Below are positions 34,775 through 44,260 of a stretch of 48,521 nucleotides of DNA, piece after piece. Each line of letters starts with the position of its first letter. Within the stretch, counting starts at the first letter, position 1. The notes beneath the pieces are model-generated. The model was not told where the DNA came from. It searched no databases and saw only the letters and a list, made by a program, of their open reading frames with translations. A program made the position numbers and the translations under genes. Origin of the DNA: an uncultured Candidatus Saccharibacteria bacterium (lineage in GTDB: Bacteria; Patescibacteriota; Minisyncoccia; Phycocordibacterales; PALSA-1337); assembly GCA_964403205.1 (NCBI GenBank), contig CAYOER010000004.1:1-48521 (forward strand), given 5' to 3'.

Positions 34775-35590
34775 TTATAGACTTGATTTTTTATCTATTT
34801 CTGTGGACAACATTATCTTCTTCCAATTATCTAGTTTCATTTCCTCTGCTCTTATTGTTATTAGCCATTTTTCTCTATTCCAAATCTCCTTCAAAGTTTC
34901 ACTTTCTATGACTTTTTCTAAATTTTTTATTAAAACTTTTCTTTTATGGGCAAAACCAGCTTTTATTATTTCAAAAAATCTATTTTCTTGCACTTTATTA
35001 TCAATAAAGAATTTTTTTGATATATTTTCTATAGAAAGTACAGCAGAATCTACATTGGGTACAGGTCGGAAGAATTTCCTAGGTACAGAAACTATATATT
35101 TAGGATTTCCATAAACTTTTATAGACATTCCTATTATGCTACCCTTCTCATCTACTATCCTTTTTGCTAGCTCTTTCTGAAGCATTATGACTATTCTAGA
35201 TGGCTGTATATCTGATTCTAGGAATTTTCTCAATAATTCTCCGCTTATATAATACGGTATATTTGCTATTATTTTATATTTATTATTCTCAAGATTTAAT
35301 GAAGAAATATCAATATTTAATACATCTCCATGAATAATCTTCAACTGCCCAGACATAATCTCATTTTTGAATTTCTCTTCCAATATTGGTATAGCCCTAT
35401 CATCTTTTTCTATTGCTATGACTTTTGTTCCAGTTTTGAGCAAAGCAATTGTCAATACACCATTTCCAGGGCCTATTTCAAGGATAATATCAGAATCTAC
35501 TATATTTCCAGCATGTATCATCGCCCCTATGACTTGAGGTGCATGTATGAAATTTTGTCCCAATGATTTCTTTGCTATAAGTTTTTCCAT
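34775..35590 (-). CDS. rsmA: 16S rRNA (adenine1518/1519-N6)-dimethyltransferase
   Basis: KKSLGQNFI start motif and SAM-binding LEIGPGNGVLT. Confidence 0.9.
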   Translation of the reverse strand: MEKLIAKKSLGQNFIHAPQVIGAMIHAGNIVDSDIILEIGPGNGVLTIALLKTGTKVIAIEKDDRAIPILEEKFKNEIMSGQLKIIHGDVLNIDISSLNLENNKYKIIANIPYYISGELLRKFLESDIQPSRIVIMLQKELAKRIVDEKGSIIGMSIKVYGNPKYIVSVPRKFFRPVPNVDSAVLSIENISKKFFIDNKVQENRFFEIIKAGFAHKRKVLIKNLEKVIESETLKEIWNREKWLITIRAEEMKLDNWKKIMLSTEIDKKSSL

Positions 35591-35597
35591 ATTTTGT

Positions 35598-37547
35598 TTA
35601 AAAATCTATAAAAATAGCTTTAACTCCCCTTATCTCTTCATTTTCATCTGATTCTATCAGTTCATCGCCAATATCGGAAATGAATTCCGAAGGAGTATTC
35701 ACCTTCTGTGCCCCGAATATTGTTCGGAGTTGCGCATAGCTCAGGAAAATCTTTTTCCTTGCACGCGTAATAGCAACATAGAAAAGTCTCCTTTCTTCCT
35801 CTTCTTCAGATCTGCTTATACCCTCTTCATTCAATCTTTTATGTGGAAAAAGATCTTGTTCTAGTCCAGCGATGAAAACATAGTCGAATTCTAAGCCCTT
35901 TGAAGCATGTACTGTCATGAGTTTTACTGCATTTCTATCTTTCTCCATTTCATCTTGATCTGTTGCTAGGGAGGCATTTGTAAGCAATGCTTCTATACCT
36001 TCTTCTCCCTCTAGATTATCGTATTGTGTAGCTAGAGAAACCAATTCTCTAAGATTTTCTAGTTTTTCCAATTCTTCTTCTGTGCCATTTCTATACATAT
36101 TTTCCATACCAGTTTCTTTTATTATGTATTTTATAAGCTCAGAAGCTTTCTTTTTTTCTGCTATTTCTTTTATTCTATCTAGTAAATTGAAGAATTGATC
36201 AACCTTCTCTCTCAGAGCAGGACCTAGACTATCTTTTTTACCAGAGATTATCTTCAACATTGTGACTTTACCTATTCCCCTAGGTGGAATATTGATAATC
36301 CTCACTAGATCTGCACTACTTTCCCTATTAAGAGAGGCTTTTATGAAAGAAAGAGCGTCTTTTATTTCTTTTCTATCAAAGAATCTAGTACCCAATATCT
36401 GATAAGGTATACTTTTATTGAGAAAAGCTTCTTCCAATACTCTACTTTGAAAATTGGTTCTGTATAACACTGATATTTCCCTAGGATTTACGCCATCTCT
36501 TATTATTTCTCTAGCCCTATCTGCTATCAGCCTAGCTTCTTCGCTTTCTGTATAGGAAATCAATAAATGTAGTTTTTCTCCTTCTGGATTCTTTGTAAAG
36601 AGATTTTTTTCTCTACGCATTACATTTTTCTTAATAATATTATTTGCCGCCGTGAGGATATTCTGTGTAGATCTATAATTTTCTTCTAATAGAATCACTT
36701 TTGCTTCTGCATAATCCTTTTCAAAGTCTAGAATATTCTGTATATCTGCACCTCTCCATGAATATATCATCTGGTCTATATCACCGACAACGCATATATT
36801 CCTAGTCTCTTTTGCTAGTATAGTAGATATTCCATACTGTACCTTATTTGTATCCTGATATTCGTCTATATGTATGTATTTCCAAATAGAATTGTATTTT
36901 TTTGCTATTTCTGGATTATTATTCAGAATAATAAAAGTTTTTAGAAGCAAATCATCGAAATCCAATGATTTTTCTCTTGCTAATGTCTTTTCATATATTT
37001 CCCATATCTTCAATATCATATTCCCATAGAAATCCTTTGCTTTATCCCTGTATTGATTCAATGTTACAGCATCACCCTTCTCTCTGGAAATAGCATTTAG
37101 TATAGTTCCGGGATCGAATTCTTTAGGATTGAATCCCAGTATTTCCATGGCTTCTCTTATTGCTCTTTTCGAATCTCCTCTATCAAATATGGTGAAATGT
37201 CTGGTCAATCCTATGAGATTGGCATTTTCTTTTATAATATGAACTCCAAGTGCATGGAAAGTACTGATAAATGGTTTTTCAGAGATTGATATTGGCTTAT
37301 TCAATTCATTATCATTAGATAAAAGATGGAGAACCCTATCTCGCATTTCCTTTGCAGCTTTATTTGTAAAGGTTATAGCTAGTATTTCCCTAGGGTGAAT
37401 ACCTTTTTTAATTAAATGTAATATTCTATGAGTTATAGTCTTCGTCTTCCCCGCTCCTGCTCCAGCTAGTATGAGTAGGGGTCCTTCTGTAGTTTCCACT
37501 GCTTCTTTTTGCCTCATATTCAATTCGCTTTTCTCTATCATATTCAT
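35598..37547 (-). CDS. pcrA: UvrD/PcrA-family ATP-dependent DNA helicase
   Basis: Motif I AGAGAGKTKT, motif II HIDEYQDTN, C-terminal VHASKGLEF and YVAITRARKK. The ATG at 37547 is preferred over the GTG at 37556 because of the -10 spacing. Confidence 0.9.
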   Translation of the reverse strand: MNMIEKSELNMRQKEAVETTEGPLLILAGAGAGKTKTITHRILHLIKKGIHPREILAITFTNKAAKEMRDRVLHLLSNDNELNKPISISEKPFISTFHALGVHIIKENANLIGLTRHFTIFDRGDSKRAIREAMEILGFNPKEFDPGTILNAISREKGDAVTLNQYRDKAKDFYGNMILKIWEIYEKTLAREKSLDFDDLLLKTFIILNNNPEIAKKYNSIWKYIHIDEYQDTNKVQYGISTILAKETRNICVVGDIDQMIYSWRGADIQNILDFEKDYAEAKVILLEENYRSTQNILTAANNIIKKNVMRREKNLFTKNPEGEKLHLLISYTESEEARLIADRAREIIRDGVNPREISVLYRTNFQSRVLEEAFLNKSIPYQILGTRFFDRKEIKDALSFIKASLNRESSADLVRIINIPPRGIGKVTMLKIISGKKDSLGPALREKVDQFFNLLDRIKEIAEKKKASELIKYIIKETGMENMYRNGTEEELEKLENLRELVSLATQYDNLEGEEGIEALLTNASLATDQDEMEKDRNAVKLMTVHASKGLEFDYVFIAGLEQDLFPHKRLNEEGISRSEEEEERRLFYVAITRARKKIFLSYAQLRTIFGAQKVNTPSEFISDIGDELIESDENEEIRGVKAIFIDF

Positions 37548-37554
37548 ATATGAC

Positions 37555-37563
37555 ACTATATCA
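37555..37563 (-). promoter_or_regulatory. Extended -10 promoter of pcrA (leaderless layout)
   Basis: The minus strand reads TGATATAGT-GTCATAT-ATG. Confidence 0.45.
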
Positions 37564-37680
37564 TGATTATTAATATTTTATGATTATATTACACAATACT
37601 TTATAATATAATCAATAGATTTTTTGACAAAATAGCATAAATGATGTTCTCCACAGTTATCATTGACTTTCACTACCCAG

Positions 37681-37813
37681 TCGGCTACCCTATATAAGTA
37701 TCCTAAAAATAGGGATATAAATATGGCTTAGCAGAGCCATATACAGCAAACACTGATTGCAGACGGACTCTAGAAAAGAGTCTTACAGATCTTGCCGAAA
37801 GACTATTTATATT
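37681..37813 (+). promoter_or_regulatory. Structured 5' leader of the LysM-M23 peptidase gene (class unknown)
   Basis: Candidate closing helix TCGGC/GCCGA (37681-37685 / 37793-37797) encloses three hairpins: 37699-37717, ATATGGCT/AGCCATAT at 37721-37742, and GGACTCT/AGAGTCT at 37765-37783. A competing hairpin AGTCTT/AAGACT (37779-37804) lies next to the ATG. Confidence 0.3.
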
Positions 37814-38893
37814 ATGAAATATTACAGTCATAACTTCTCAATACAAAGACGATCATATAAGAACTTCCAGATCAAGGCGGCACTTTTCATTTTGTCTATA
37901 CTAGTTACAATTTCATTATTTTTTATATATCCAAGGACTGTAAAAGCAGGCCTTTTTTCATCTATTTTCAATGTAACTACAGATGAGGTATCTGCGAAGA
38001 CTTATGATGATCAATATATACCAAATTCACAGAATATGATTGTTCTAAAGGCTGTTGTAAATGTTGATCCGAATCCAGAAAAATCATCAAATAATATAGT
38101 TCTTGCTAGAGATAATGCATTTATGGCAGAAATAGGTCCTTCTGGCTCTATACAGGATATAGATAATCAAGTAAATACGAAAATTAGTCTGTATGTCGTA
38201 AGAGAGGGTGATTCCCTATCAGAGATTGCGGAACTTTTTGACGTTTCTGTAAATACTATTCTTTGGGCCAATAATCTAGATAGAAAATCTAAAATACAAG
38301 AAGGCCAAACACTTATTATCCTTCCTATATCTGGTATCCGCCATACAGTGAAGAAAGGAGAAACAATAAAAGGTATAGTTACAAAGTATAAAGCAGATCT
38401 AAATGAAGTTCTAGTATATAACGATCTATCTTTAGATTCTACAATAAAAGAAGGAGATACTATAACAGTTCCAGATGCAGAACCTACAGCTCTACAAACA
38501 GCAATAACTTCTAAAACAAAGTCAAATACTAGTGTAGGTCCTTCTTATCTTGGATATTATATGAGACCAATAAGTGGAGGAAGGAAATCCCAAGGTTTAC
38601 ATGGACATAACGGTATAGATTTTGCCGCACCTATAGGAACTCCTATACATGCTTCTGCTTCCGGTACTGTGATAGCTAGTATGACAGGTGGATGGAATGG
38701 TGGTTATGGTAATTATGTTATTATTTCACATCCAAATGGTACACAAACTCTGTATTCTCATAACTCAGTAAACCTAGTGGTAGTCGGACAGAAAGTCGAT
38801 AAGGGAGACACTATTGCAAAAATAGGTATAACAGGAAAAGTTACAGGTCCACATGTTCACTTCGAAGTTCGTGGTGCAAAGAATCCTTTCTAG
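37814..38893 (+). CDS. LysM-domain M23 family metallopeptidase (cell wall hydrolase)
   Basis: TM anchor, two LysM repeats (YVVREGDSLSEIAELF..., HTVKKGETIKGIVTKY...), and M23 motifs HNGIDFAAP and GPHVHFEV. The ATG at 37814 lies inside the longer TTG-initiated ORF in the track. Confidence 0.85.
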   Translation: MKYYSHNFSIQRRSYKNFQIKAALFILSILVTISLFFIYPRTVKAGLFSSIFNVTTDEVSAKTYDDQYIPNSQNMIVLKAVVNVDPNPEKSSNNIVLARDNAFMAEIGPSGSIQDIDNQVNTKISLYVVREGDSLSEIAELFDVSVNTILWANNLDRKSKIQEGQTLIILPISGIRHTVKKGETIKGIVTKYKADLNEVLVYNDLSLDSTIKEGDTITVPDAEPTALQTAITSKTKSNTSVGPSYLGYYMRPISGGRKSQGLHGHNGIDFAAPIGTPIHASASGTVIASMTGGWNGGYGNYVIISHPNGTQTLYSHNSVNLVVVGQKVDKGDTIAKIGITGKVTGPHVHFEVRGAKNPF

Positions 38894-40419
38894 AATTTCT
38901 TCTCTCTATATTGAAGCGCTTCTAATATATGTTCTTTCTTTATACTCTCACTTCCCTCTAGATCTGCTATAGTCTGTGCTAGCTTTATAGTTCTATGATA
39001 TGCTCTACCAGACATACCTAGTTTCTCTGCGGAATTTGTGAGGAATTTCTTTATTTCTTTATCGAATATAATACATTTCTCTATATCAGATACATTCATT
39101 TCACTATTTAAGCTTTTATTTTCTATGTTTTTATTTTTAAATCTTATTATCTGATTTTTACGTGCATTTTCTACTCTTCTACGTATAGTTTCTGAATTTT
39201 CATTTTCACTAGAAGAATTACAGAGTTTATCGTATTCAACTTTCGATACAGATACCCATATATCTATACGGTCTATTATGGGTCCAGAAATACGTTTTCT
39301 ATACCATCGTATTTCAGAATCAGTACATGAACAGCCTTTTTCTTTGCCATATCCACAAGGACAAGGATTCATAGAAGCAATGAGAATGCATTGAGCTGGG
39401 AAAGTGAGTGATCCACGCGCTCTAGAGATAGTTATAACTCTGTCTTCTAGTGGTTGTCGTAGTGCATCTATAACACTTTTATCAAACTCTGGGAATTCAT
39501 CTAGGAACAATACGCCTTTATGAGCTAGTGTTATTTCTCCCGGTCGGGGGAAGGGTCCACCACCCACTAGAGATACATAGGAAGACGTATGATGTGGTGC
39601 ACGAAATGGAGGATGGGTTATGAAATTCTTATCTAATGTTTTTGCCATTGAATGTATACCAGTTACCTCCAATACCTCTTCATGACTAAGTGGTGGAAGG
39701 ATAGTACGGAAAGCTTTTGCAAGCATGGTTTTCCCTGTTCCGGGAGGACCGTACATGGCTATATTGTGTCCTCCGGCAGCTGCTATCTCCAGCCCCCTCT
39801 TTGCTGTTTCCTGACCCTGGATAAAGGAGAAATCAGTTTCGTAATTTTGATTATTATATGTTATAGGTGTTGCTGGATGAGGTGAGATTTTCTTATTATT
39901 TTGAGATGATAAATGATTTATTATCTGCTCTAGATTATCAACTGCATATATTTTCAAACCCCTTACAAGACTAGCTTCTACGGCATTGTCCCTAGGTACA
40001 TATACTTCTTTGAAACCATTTTCATAAGCACCCTTTACCAGTGGTAATACTCCATTTATCTTTCTTATTCTACCCTCTAGGTCTAGCTCCCCGATAAATA
40101 TCTTATTTTCAGTATTGAAATCTATCTCACCACTAGCTAGTAGGTACCCGAGTGCCATACCTAGATCGAATATTGGTCCTTCTTTGCGTATATCAGCTGG
40201 GGCTAGTGATACTACTACTTTTTGATTCTTCTGTTTTGGAGATATATAGCCAGTATTCTTTATAGCTGCAGATATTCTGTCTTTTGCTTCATCTACACTT
40301 TTATCCCCTAGACCGACAATAGCAAAAGAATGTAGACCATTAGAAAGGTCGATCTCAATGGTGATTATATGTACATTTAATCCCGAAAGTTGTGCGCTGT
40401 ATGTTCTCGATATACTCAT
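38890..40419 (-). CDS. comM: YifB/ComM-family Mg-chelatase-like AAA+ ATPase
   Basis: N-terminal Lon-protease-like domain, Walker A GPPGTGKTM, Walker B LFLDEFPEF, and the CPCG zinc-ribbon insert. Confidence 0.9.
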   Translation of the reverse strand: MSISRTYSAQLSGLNVHIITIEIDLSNGLHSFAIVGLGDKSVDEAKDRISAAIKNTGYISPKQKNQKVVVSLAPADIRKEGPIFDLGMALGYLLASGEIDFNTENKIFIGELDLEGRIRKINGVLPLVKGAYENGFKEVYVPRDNAVEASLVRGLKIYAVDNLEQIINHLSSQNNKKISPHPATPITYNNQNYETDFSFIQGQETAKRGLEIAAAGGHNIAMYGPPGTGKTMLAKAFRTILPPLSHEEVLEVTGIHSMAKTLDKNFITHPPFRAPHHTSSYVSLVGGGPFPRPGEITLAHKGVLFLDEFPEFDKSVIDALRQPLEDRVITISRARGSLTFPAQCILIASMNPCPCGYGKEKGCSCTDSEIRWYRKRISGPIIDRIDIWVSVSKVEYDKLCNSSSENENSETIRRRVENARKNQIIRFKNKNIENKSLNSEMNVSDIEKCIIFDKEIKKFLTNSAEKLGMSGRAYHRTIKLAQTIADLEGSESIKKEHILEALQYREKKF

Positions 40420-40425
40420 ATACAC

Positions 40426-40434
40426 ACTCTAGCA
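40426..40434 (-). promoter_or_regulatory. Extended -10 promoter of comM (leaderless layout)
   Basis: The minus strand reads TGCTAGAGT-GTGTAT-ATG (ATG at 40419). Confidence 0.45.
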
Positions 40435-40490
40435 GGGTGGTGATAAAGAAATAATAAAAAAATAATAAAATTTCGATAAAATTTACAGTT

Positions 40491-40535
40491 ACACAACATA
40501 AAGTCCTATTGAAAGAATAGGACTTTATGTGTTGT
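40491..40535 (-). terminator. Strong hairpin terminator after the dksA-like gene
   Basis: 15-bp perfect stem (40496-40510 / 40516-40530) with a GAAAG loop and A/T-rich flanks on both sides. Confidence 0.65.
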
Positions 40536-40557
40536 AATGCTATTTTTATACTACTTT

Positions 40558-40923
40558 CTACTTTTTTACATGCTTTATGCAAGTTTTCGCAGCGGGGTTT
40601 GCCTCCAATCTATCTTTTTCTATCATTTCTCCAGATACTTCACATACTCCGTATATGCCTTTATCAATTTTAGCTAATGCAATATCTATATCCTTTAATT
40701 GTTGTTCTAATTGTTCTACAATAAGATTATTTTCTTCCAATTCTTCCATTTTATCTGCAACTTCGTTTTCATCAGCATTATCTACCTCTATATCACCAGA
40801 TGTTGCATCCCAGTCCCCTGGTCTATCGGGATTCTTACGGGCAATAGTAGATAGCTCATCTTGTAGATTATCTTTCTCTTTTTCTAATTTTTCTTTGAAA
40901 TATTGTAAATCTTTTTTATTCAT
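40558..40923 (-). CDS. DksA/TraR-family protein with a degenerate zinc finger
   Basis: Coiled-coil N-terminal part and C-terminal YGVCEVSGEMIEKDRLEANPAAKTCIKH. This gives CxxS...CxxH in place of CxxC...CxxC. Confidence 0.7.
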   Translation of the reverse strand: MNKKDLQYFKEKLEKEKDNLQDELSTIARKNPDRPGDWDATSGDIEVDNADENEVADKMEELEENNLIVEQLEQQLKDIDIALAKIDKGIYGVCEVSGEMIEKDRLEANPAAKTCIKHVKK

Positions 40924-40960
40924 AATTATTTTATCTATATATTTAACTATATACTCAATA

Positions 40961-42244
40961 CTACCTTATATAAGTTTGCTTTTCAATACGTTTGATTATT
41001 TCTATGAATGTACTCTCTGTAGTAGTGATTATAAGGGCATTTTTATTTATAAATGAATATAGGAATAGCAATTCCCCTTCTGGATTTCTAAATTCTCTTA
41101 TATCACGATTCATAATCTGTTTATCTATGAAATTACCTTTTATAGTGAAATATGATGATATAGATGTGGATGCTGTATCGTCATTTCTTGCTCTATCTTT
41201 ATAATTTAGAAGACTTGCTAGACTGTCTGGCATTGTTTTCTCCCAGGAGAGCATACCAGCAAAGGTGTTTTGGAAAAAATCTGTTGTAAGTATGATAAAT
41301 GGTGTGACCTCACCTGTTTCTTCTGTATATAGACCCAGCATATATTTATCTAAGATTGATCGGAGTATATTGTCTGGCATACTGACATTAGATTTTTCTA
41401 AGAAAAATGAAATAGAAAGTGTCTCGCCAATAGTATTAATATTTTCAATACCACTATTTTCAATATTATTATTATTTACGATACTACTATTATTTTTAGG
41501 TATTATTTCTAATATTTTCTTTTCTTTCTGTTTATTTTTATTAAATTGTAAATATAATTCAGATACAAATTTATTTTTATTTATCTGATCAGTATTCCAA
41601 TTCATTTGTTTATCAGGATTTATTATACTAGGTACAATAATTTTATTTTCTATCACTGTACTGTTTCCAGATGATTGACTCCTCTCATATGTATAGTAGA
41701 TACCCAATACCCCACCACCAAAGAAAATAATAATAAGTATTATAATAAATAAAGGTTTTATTATATTTCTTTTTACTTCTGGTTCATTATCGTCAATTTG
41801 AACTACTTTTGCTTTCTCTATTTCTATAGGTTTCTGTATTGGAATTGGCTTTGGAATGGGAACAGGATTTGGAAATCCATGAAATTCACTTCTCTCTATA
41901 TTTGGTACAGCATCTATAATAGGTGAACTTTTCACTATATCTGGAGCTGGGTTTATAGGTAGAACAGGCTTTGATCTCGGAGGTGGTGGAGGTGGAGCTG
42001 TTACATCTGGTTTAGAAATACCTTCTATTTCTTTCTGTAGACTATCTGTTGCTTTTTCTGCAAGTTTATCTGCCTTATCTAATTCCTCTTCTTCTTTACT
42101 TTTTCTCTCTTCATTTTTTCTTTTATTTTCTGCAATAACTACACTAGCGACAGATGCACCTTTACCTAGTGCTTCTGCTATATCGCTTTCATATGTTCTA
42201 ATCGGCTTTTGTACAAACGCCTTTTGTTTCTTTTCTTCTTCCAT
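40961..42244 (-). CDS. Hypothetical single-pass membrane protein with a proline-rich segment (427 aa)
   Basis: ORF 13 nt downstream of pnp. It has a charged N-terminus, a PPPPPPRSKPVLPINPAP tract and one TM helix (LFIIILIIIFFGGGVLGIYY). Confidence 0.6.
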   Translation of the reverse strand: MEEEKKQKAFVQKPIRTYESDIAEALGKGASVASVVIAENKRKNEERKSKEEEELDKADKLAEKATDSLQKEIEGISKPDVTAPPPPPPRSKPVLPINPAPDIVKSSPIIDAVPNIERSEFHGFPNPVPIPKPIPIQKPIEIEKAKVVQIDDNEPEVKRNIIKPLFIIILIIIFFGGGVLGIYYTYERSQSSGNSTVIENKIIVPSIINPDKQMNWNTDQINKNKFVSELYLQFNKNKQKEKKILEIIPKNNSSIVNNNNIENSGIENINTIGETLSISFFLEKSNVSMPDNILRSILDKYMLGLYTEETGEVTPFIILTTDFFQNTFAGMLSWEKTMPDSLASLLNYKDRARNDDTASTSISSYFTIKGNFIDKQIMNRDIREFRNPEGELLFLYSFINKNALIITTTESTFIEIIKRIEKQTYIR

Positions 42245-42257
42245 TGTTTATATTATA

Positions 42258-44138
42258 TCAATATCTTCTCCTTGAGTCTCCCCCTGCTCTTCTTGTCGGA
42301 TCATCTTTCGTTATATAGAGTATTATATCTCTTGCCTTTTCTGCACTACCGTTTTTCCCTGTGATGAATACACTGCCATCATCCTCTATAGTTATATCTT
42401 CTACCATAGTTCTTTCTTTTATTTCATTTATAGTTTTTCCACCTGTACCTATTACTAGACCTATTTGACTATCTTTTATTTTTATAGATATTATTTTCGG
42501 TGCATTTGGGGAAATATCTGCTCTAGGTTTAGGAATTTCTTTTTCAATTAAATCTAGTATTCTATATCTTGCATCTTTTGCTTTCTCTAGGGCTTCTCCG
42601 AGAACATGTAGAGGAATACCACCGACTTTTATATCCATTTGAACTGCGGTTATTCCATTTCTAGTACCTGCAACTTTGAAATCCATATCACCATAATGAT
42701 CCTCCGGTCCTTGTATATCTGTTAGTATCTTATATTTATCTCCTAACATCATGAGTCCAGAGGCGATACCTGCTACGGGAGCTTTTATCGGTACTCCTGC
42801 ATCCATAAGGGCAAGTGTAGATCCGCATACAGAACCCATAGATGTGGAACCATTTGATGAAAATGCTTCTGATACTATACGTATAGTATATGGAAATGAT
42901 TCTTTTGAAGGTATTACTGGCACTAGAGCCTTCTCTGCTAGAGCACCATGACCTATCATTCTCCTATTCATACCACCGACTCTGCCTGTTTCTCCAGTAG
43001 AGAATGGTGGGAAATTATAATGATGCATGAATCTTTTTGCTGGGGTTTTCTCCATACCATCTGCTATCTGTGCATCTCCGGGTCCACCTAAGGTCAATGC
43101 AGATAGTACATGTGTTTCTCCTCTATAGAATATTCCAGATCCATGTAGAATAGGAGATATTCCACCCGCTTTCACAAAGAGTGTTCGTATTTCATCGAAT
43201 CCTCTACCATCTACCCTTCTATTATTATGTATAGCTTCCCTATGTATGAAATCATTCATTTTTTCTTCGAAACATTCCTGTGCTAGAACAGTATTTCCCT
43301 CTGGGATTTTTTCTATAAATAATTCCATCCATATTTTATCTATTTCTGCTATTTTTTCTTTTGTAGCAGAATATTCCAATAATTTTGGAGTTATTTCTTT
43401 ATCAAATAATTCATGAGTTCCTACTGTTGGTTCTGGCTTTGCTATTACTATTTTCTTTTTACCCATTTCAGAGATTATTTTCTTTTGCCAAATCTGTATT
43501 TTCTCTATTTCCTCACTGGCTTTTACTAGAGCTTCATTTATCAATTCTTCTTTCACTTCCATACCAGATACTTCTATCATATTGATAAAGCCATCTTTAC
43601 CACAAGCTACTAGGTCAAGACTTATACCTACAGCTTCTCTCTGTATATAGTTTGGATTAATATGAAAAGTTTCATTTTTTGCTATACGTATTGCAGATAC
43701 TGGTCCATTCCAAGGTATATCAGATGTTCCTAGTGCAAGTGATGCTGCTATTACAGATATTATATCTGGATCGTCTTCGTCTATTGATAGTACAGTGAGT
43801 ATTACCTGTACTTCATGACGTATATGATTATCAAAAAGTGGTCTTATAGTTCTATCTACTATTCTTCCAGAGAGTATCGCTTCATCGCTCGGCTTGCCCT
43901 CTCTTCTCATGAATCTACTACCTAATATTTTTCCAGAAGCATAGAATCTTTCTTCATAGTCAACTGTTAATGGAAAGAAATTCCCCTCTTTCTCACCACT
44001 ACCCATAACTGCTGTGGCTAGTACTACGGTATTGCCATAGCGTACCATTACGGAACCATTTGCTTGTAATGCTAGATCATTGAATTCTGCTGTTAATACC
44101 TTCCCTCCAATTTCTATAGAATAGTTTTTGGTTTTCAT
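42258..44138 (-). CDS. pnp: Polyribonucleotide nucleotidyltransferase (PNPase), short form without an S1 domain
   Basis: Two RNase PH domains and a KH domain (IGLVIGTGGKTINEIKE). The protein ends about 60 aa after KH in an Arg-rich tail. Confidence 0.9.
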   Translation of the reverse strand: MKTKNYSIEIGGKVLTAEFNDLALQANGSVMVRYGNTVVLATAVMGSGEKEGNFFPLTVDYEERFYASGKILGSRFMRREGKPSDEAILSGRIVDRTIRPLFDNHIRHEVQVILTVLSIDEDDPDIISVIAASLALGTSDIPWNGPVSAIRIAKNETFHINPNYIQREAVGISLDLVACGKDGFINMIEVSGMEVKEELINEALVKASEEIEKIQIWQKKIISEMGKKKIVIAKPEPTVGTHELFDKEITPKLLEYSATKEKIAEIDKIWMELFIEKIPEGNTVLAQECFEEKMNDFIHREAIHNNRRVDGRGFDEIRTLFVKAGGISPILHGSGIFYRGETHVLSALTLGGPGDAQIADGMEKTPAKRFMHHYNFPPFSTGETGRVGGMNRRMIGHGALAEKALVPVIPSKESFPYTIRIVSEAFSSNGSTSMGSVCGSTLALMDAGVPIKAPVAGIASGLMMLGDKYKILTDIQGPEDHYGDMDFKVAGTRNGITAVQMDIKVGGIPLHVLGEALEKAKDARYRILDLIEKEIPKPRADISPNAPKIISIKIKDSQIGLVIGTGGKTINEIKERTMVEDITIEDDGSVFITGKNGSAEKARDIILYITKDDPTRRAGGDSRRRY

Positions 44139-44145
44139 GACTATA

Positions 44146-44154
44146 ACTATACCA
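44146..44154 (-). promoter_or_regulatory. Extended -10 promoter of pnp (leaderless layout)
   Basis: The minus strand reads TGGTATAGT-TATAGTC-ATG. Confidence 0.5.
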
Positions 44155-44185
44155 CTATTAATTTAGAATTCCACAGCAATAAATT

Positions 44186-44223
44186 TAATAAAAATTTAAC
44201 CCCACACATTTCTGTATGGGGTT
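44186..44223 (-). terminator. Rho-independent terminator after the 88-aa ORF
   Basis: 7-bp stem AACCCCA/TGGGGTT (44198-44204 / 44217-44223). On the minus strand it is followed by AAATTTTTATT. Confidence 0.55.
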
Positions 44224-44260
44224 GGAGTTTGTTTACGCTATTCTCCAGAGCAGTTGTGAG

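Noticed and set aside
34497-35114. A long 205-aa ORF on the plus strand, and similar antisense ORFs at 3732-4400, 14876-15331, 30714-31178, 40577-41056 and 23730-24050.
   Set aside because: They lie antisense to well-supported genes and have low-complexity Ser/Leu/Phe/Ile-rich products. They are the shadow ORFs expected in compositionally biased DNA.
37681-37813. Considered calling the M23 leader a c-di-AMP (ydaO-type) or c-di-GMP riboswitch because of the downstream cell wall hydrolase.
   Set aside because: The conserved G-rich core sequences of those classes, as I remember them, are absent. Only a generic structured leader is supported.
40355-40582. A 75-aa minus-strand ORF across the dksA-comM spacer.
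   Set aside because: It runs through a 15-bp terminator hairpin and the comM promoter, so it is almost certainly non-coding.
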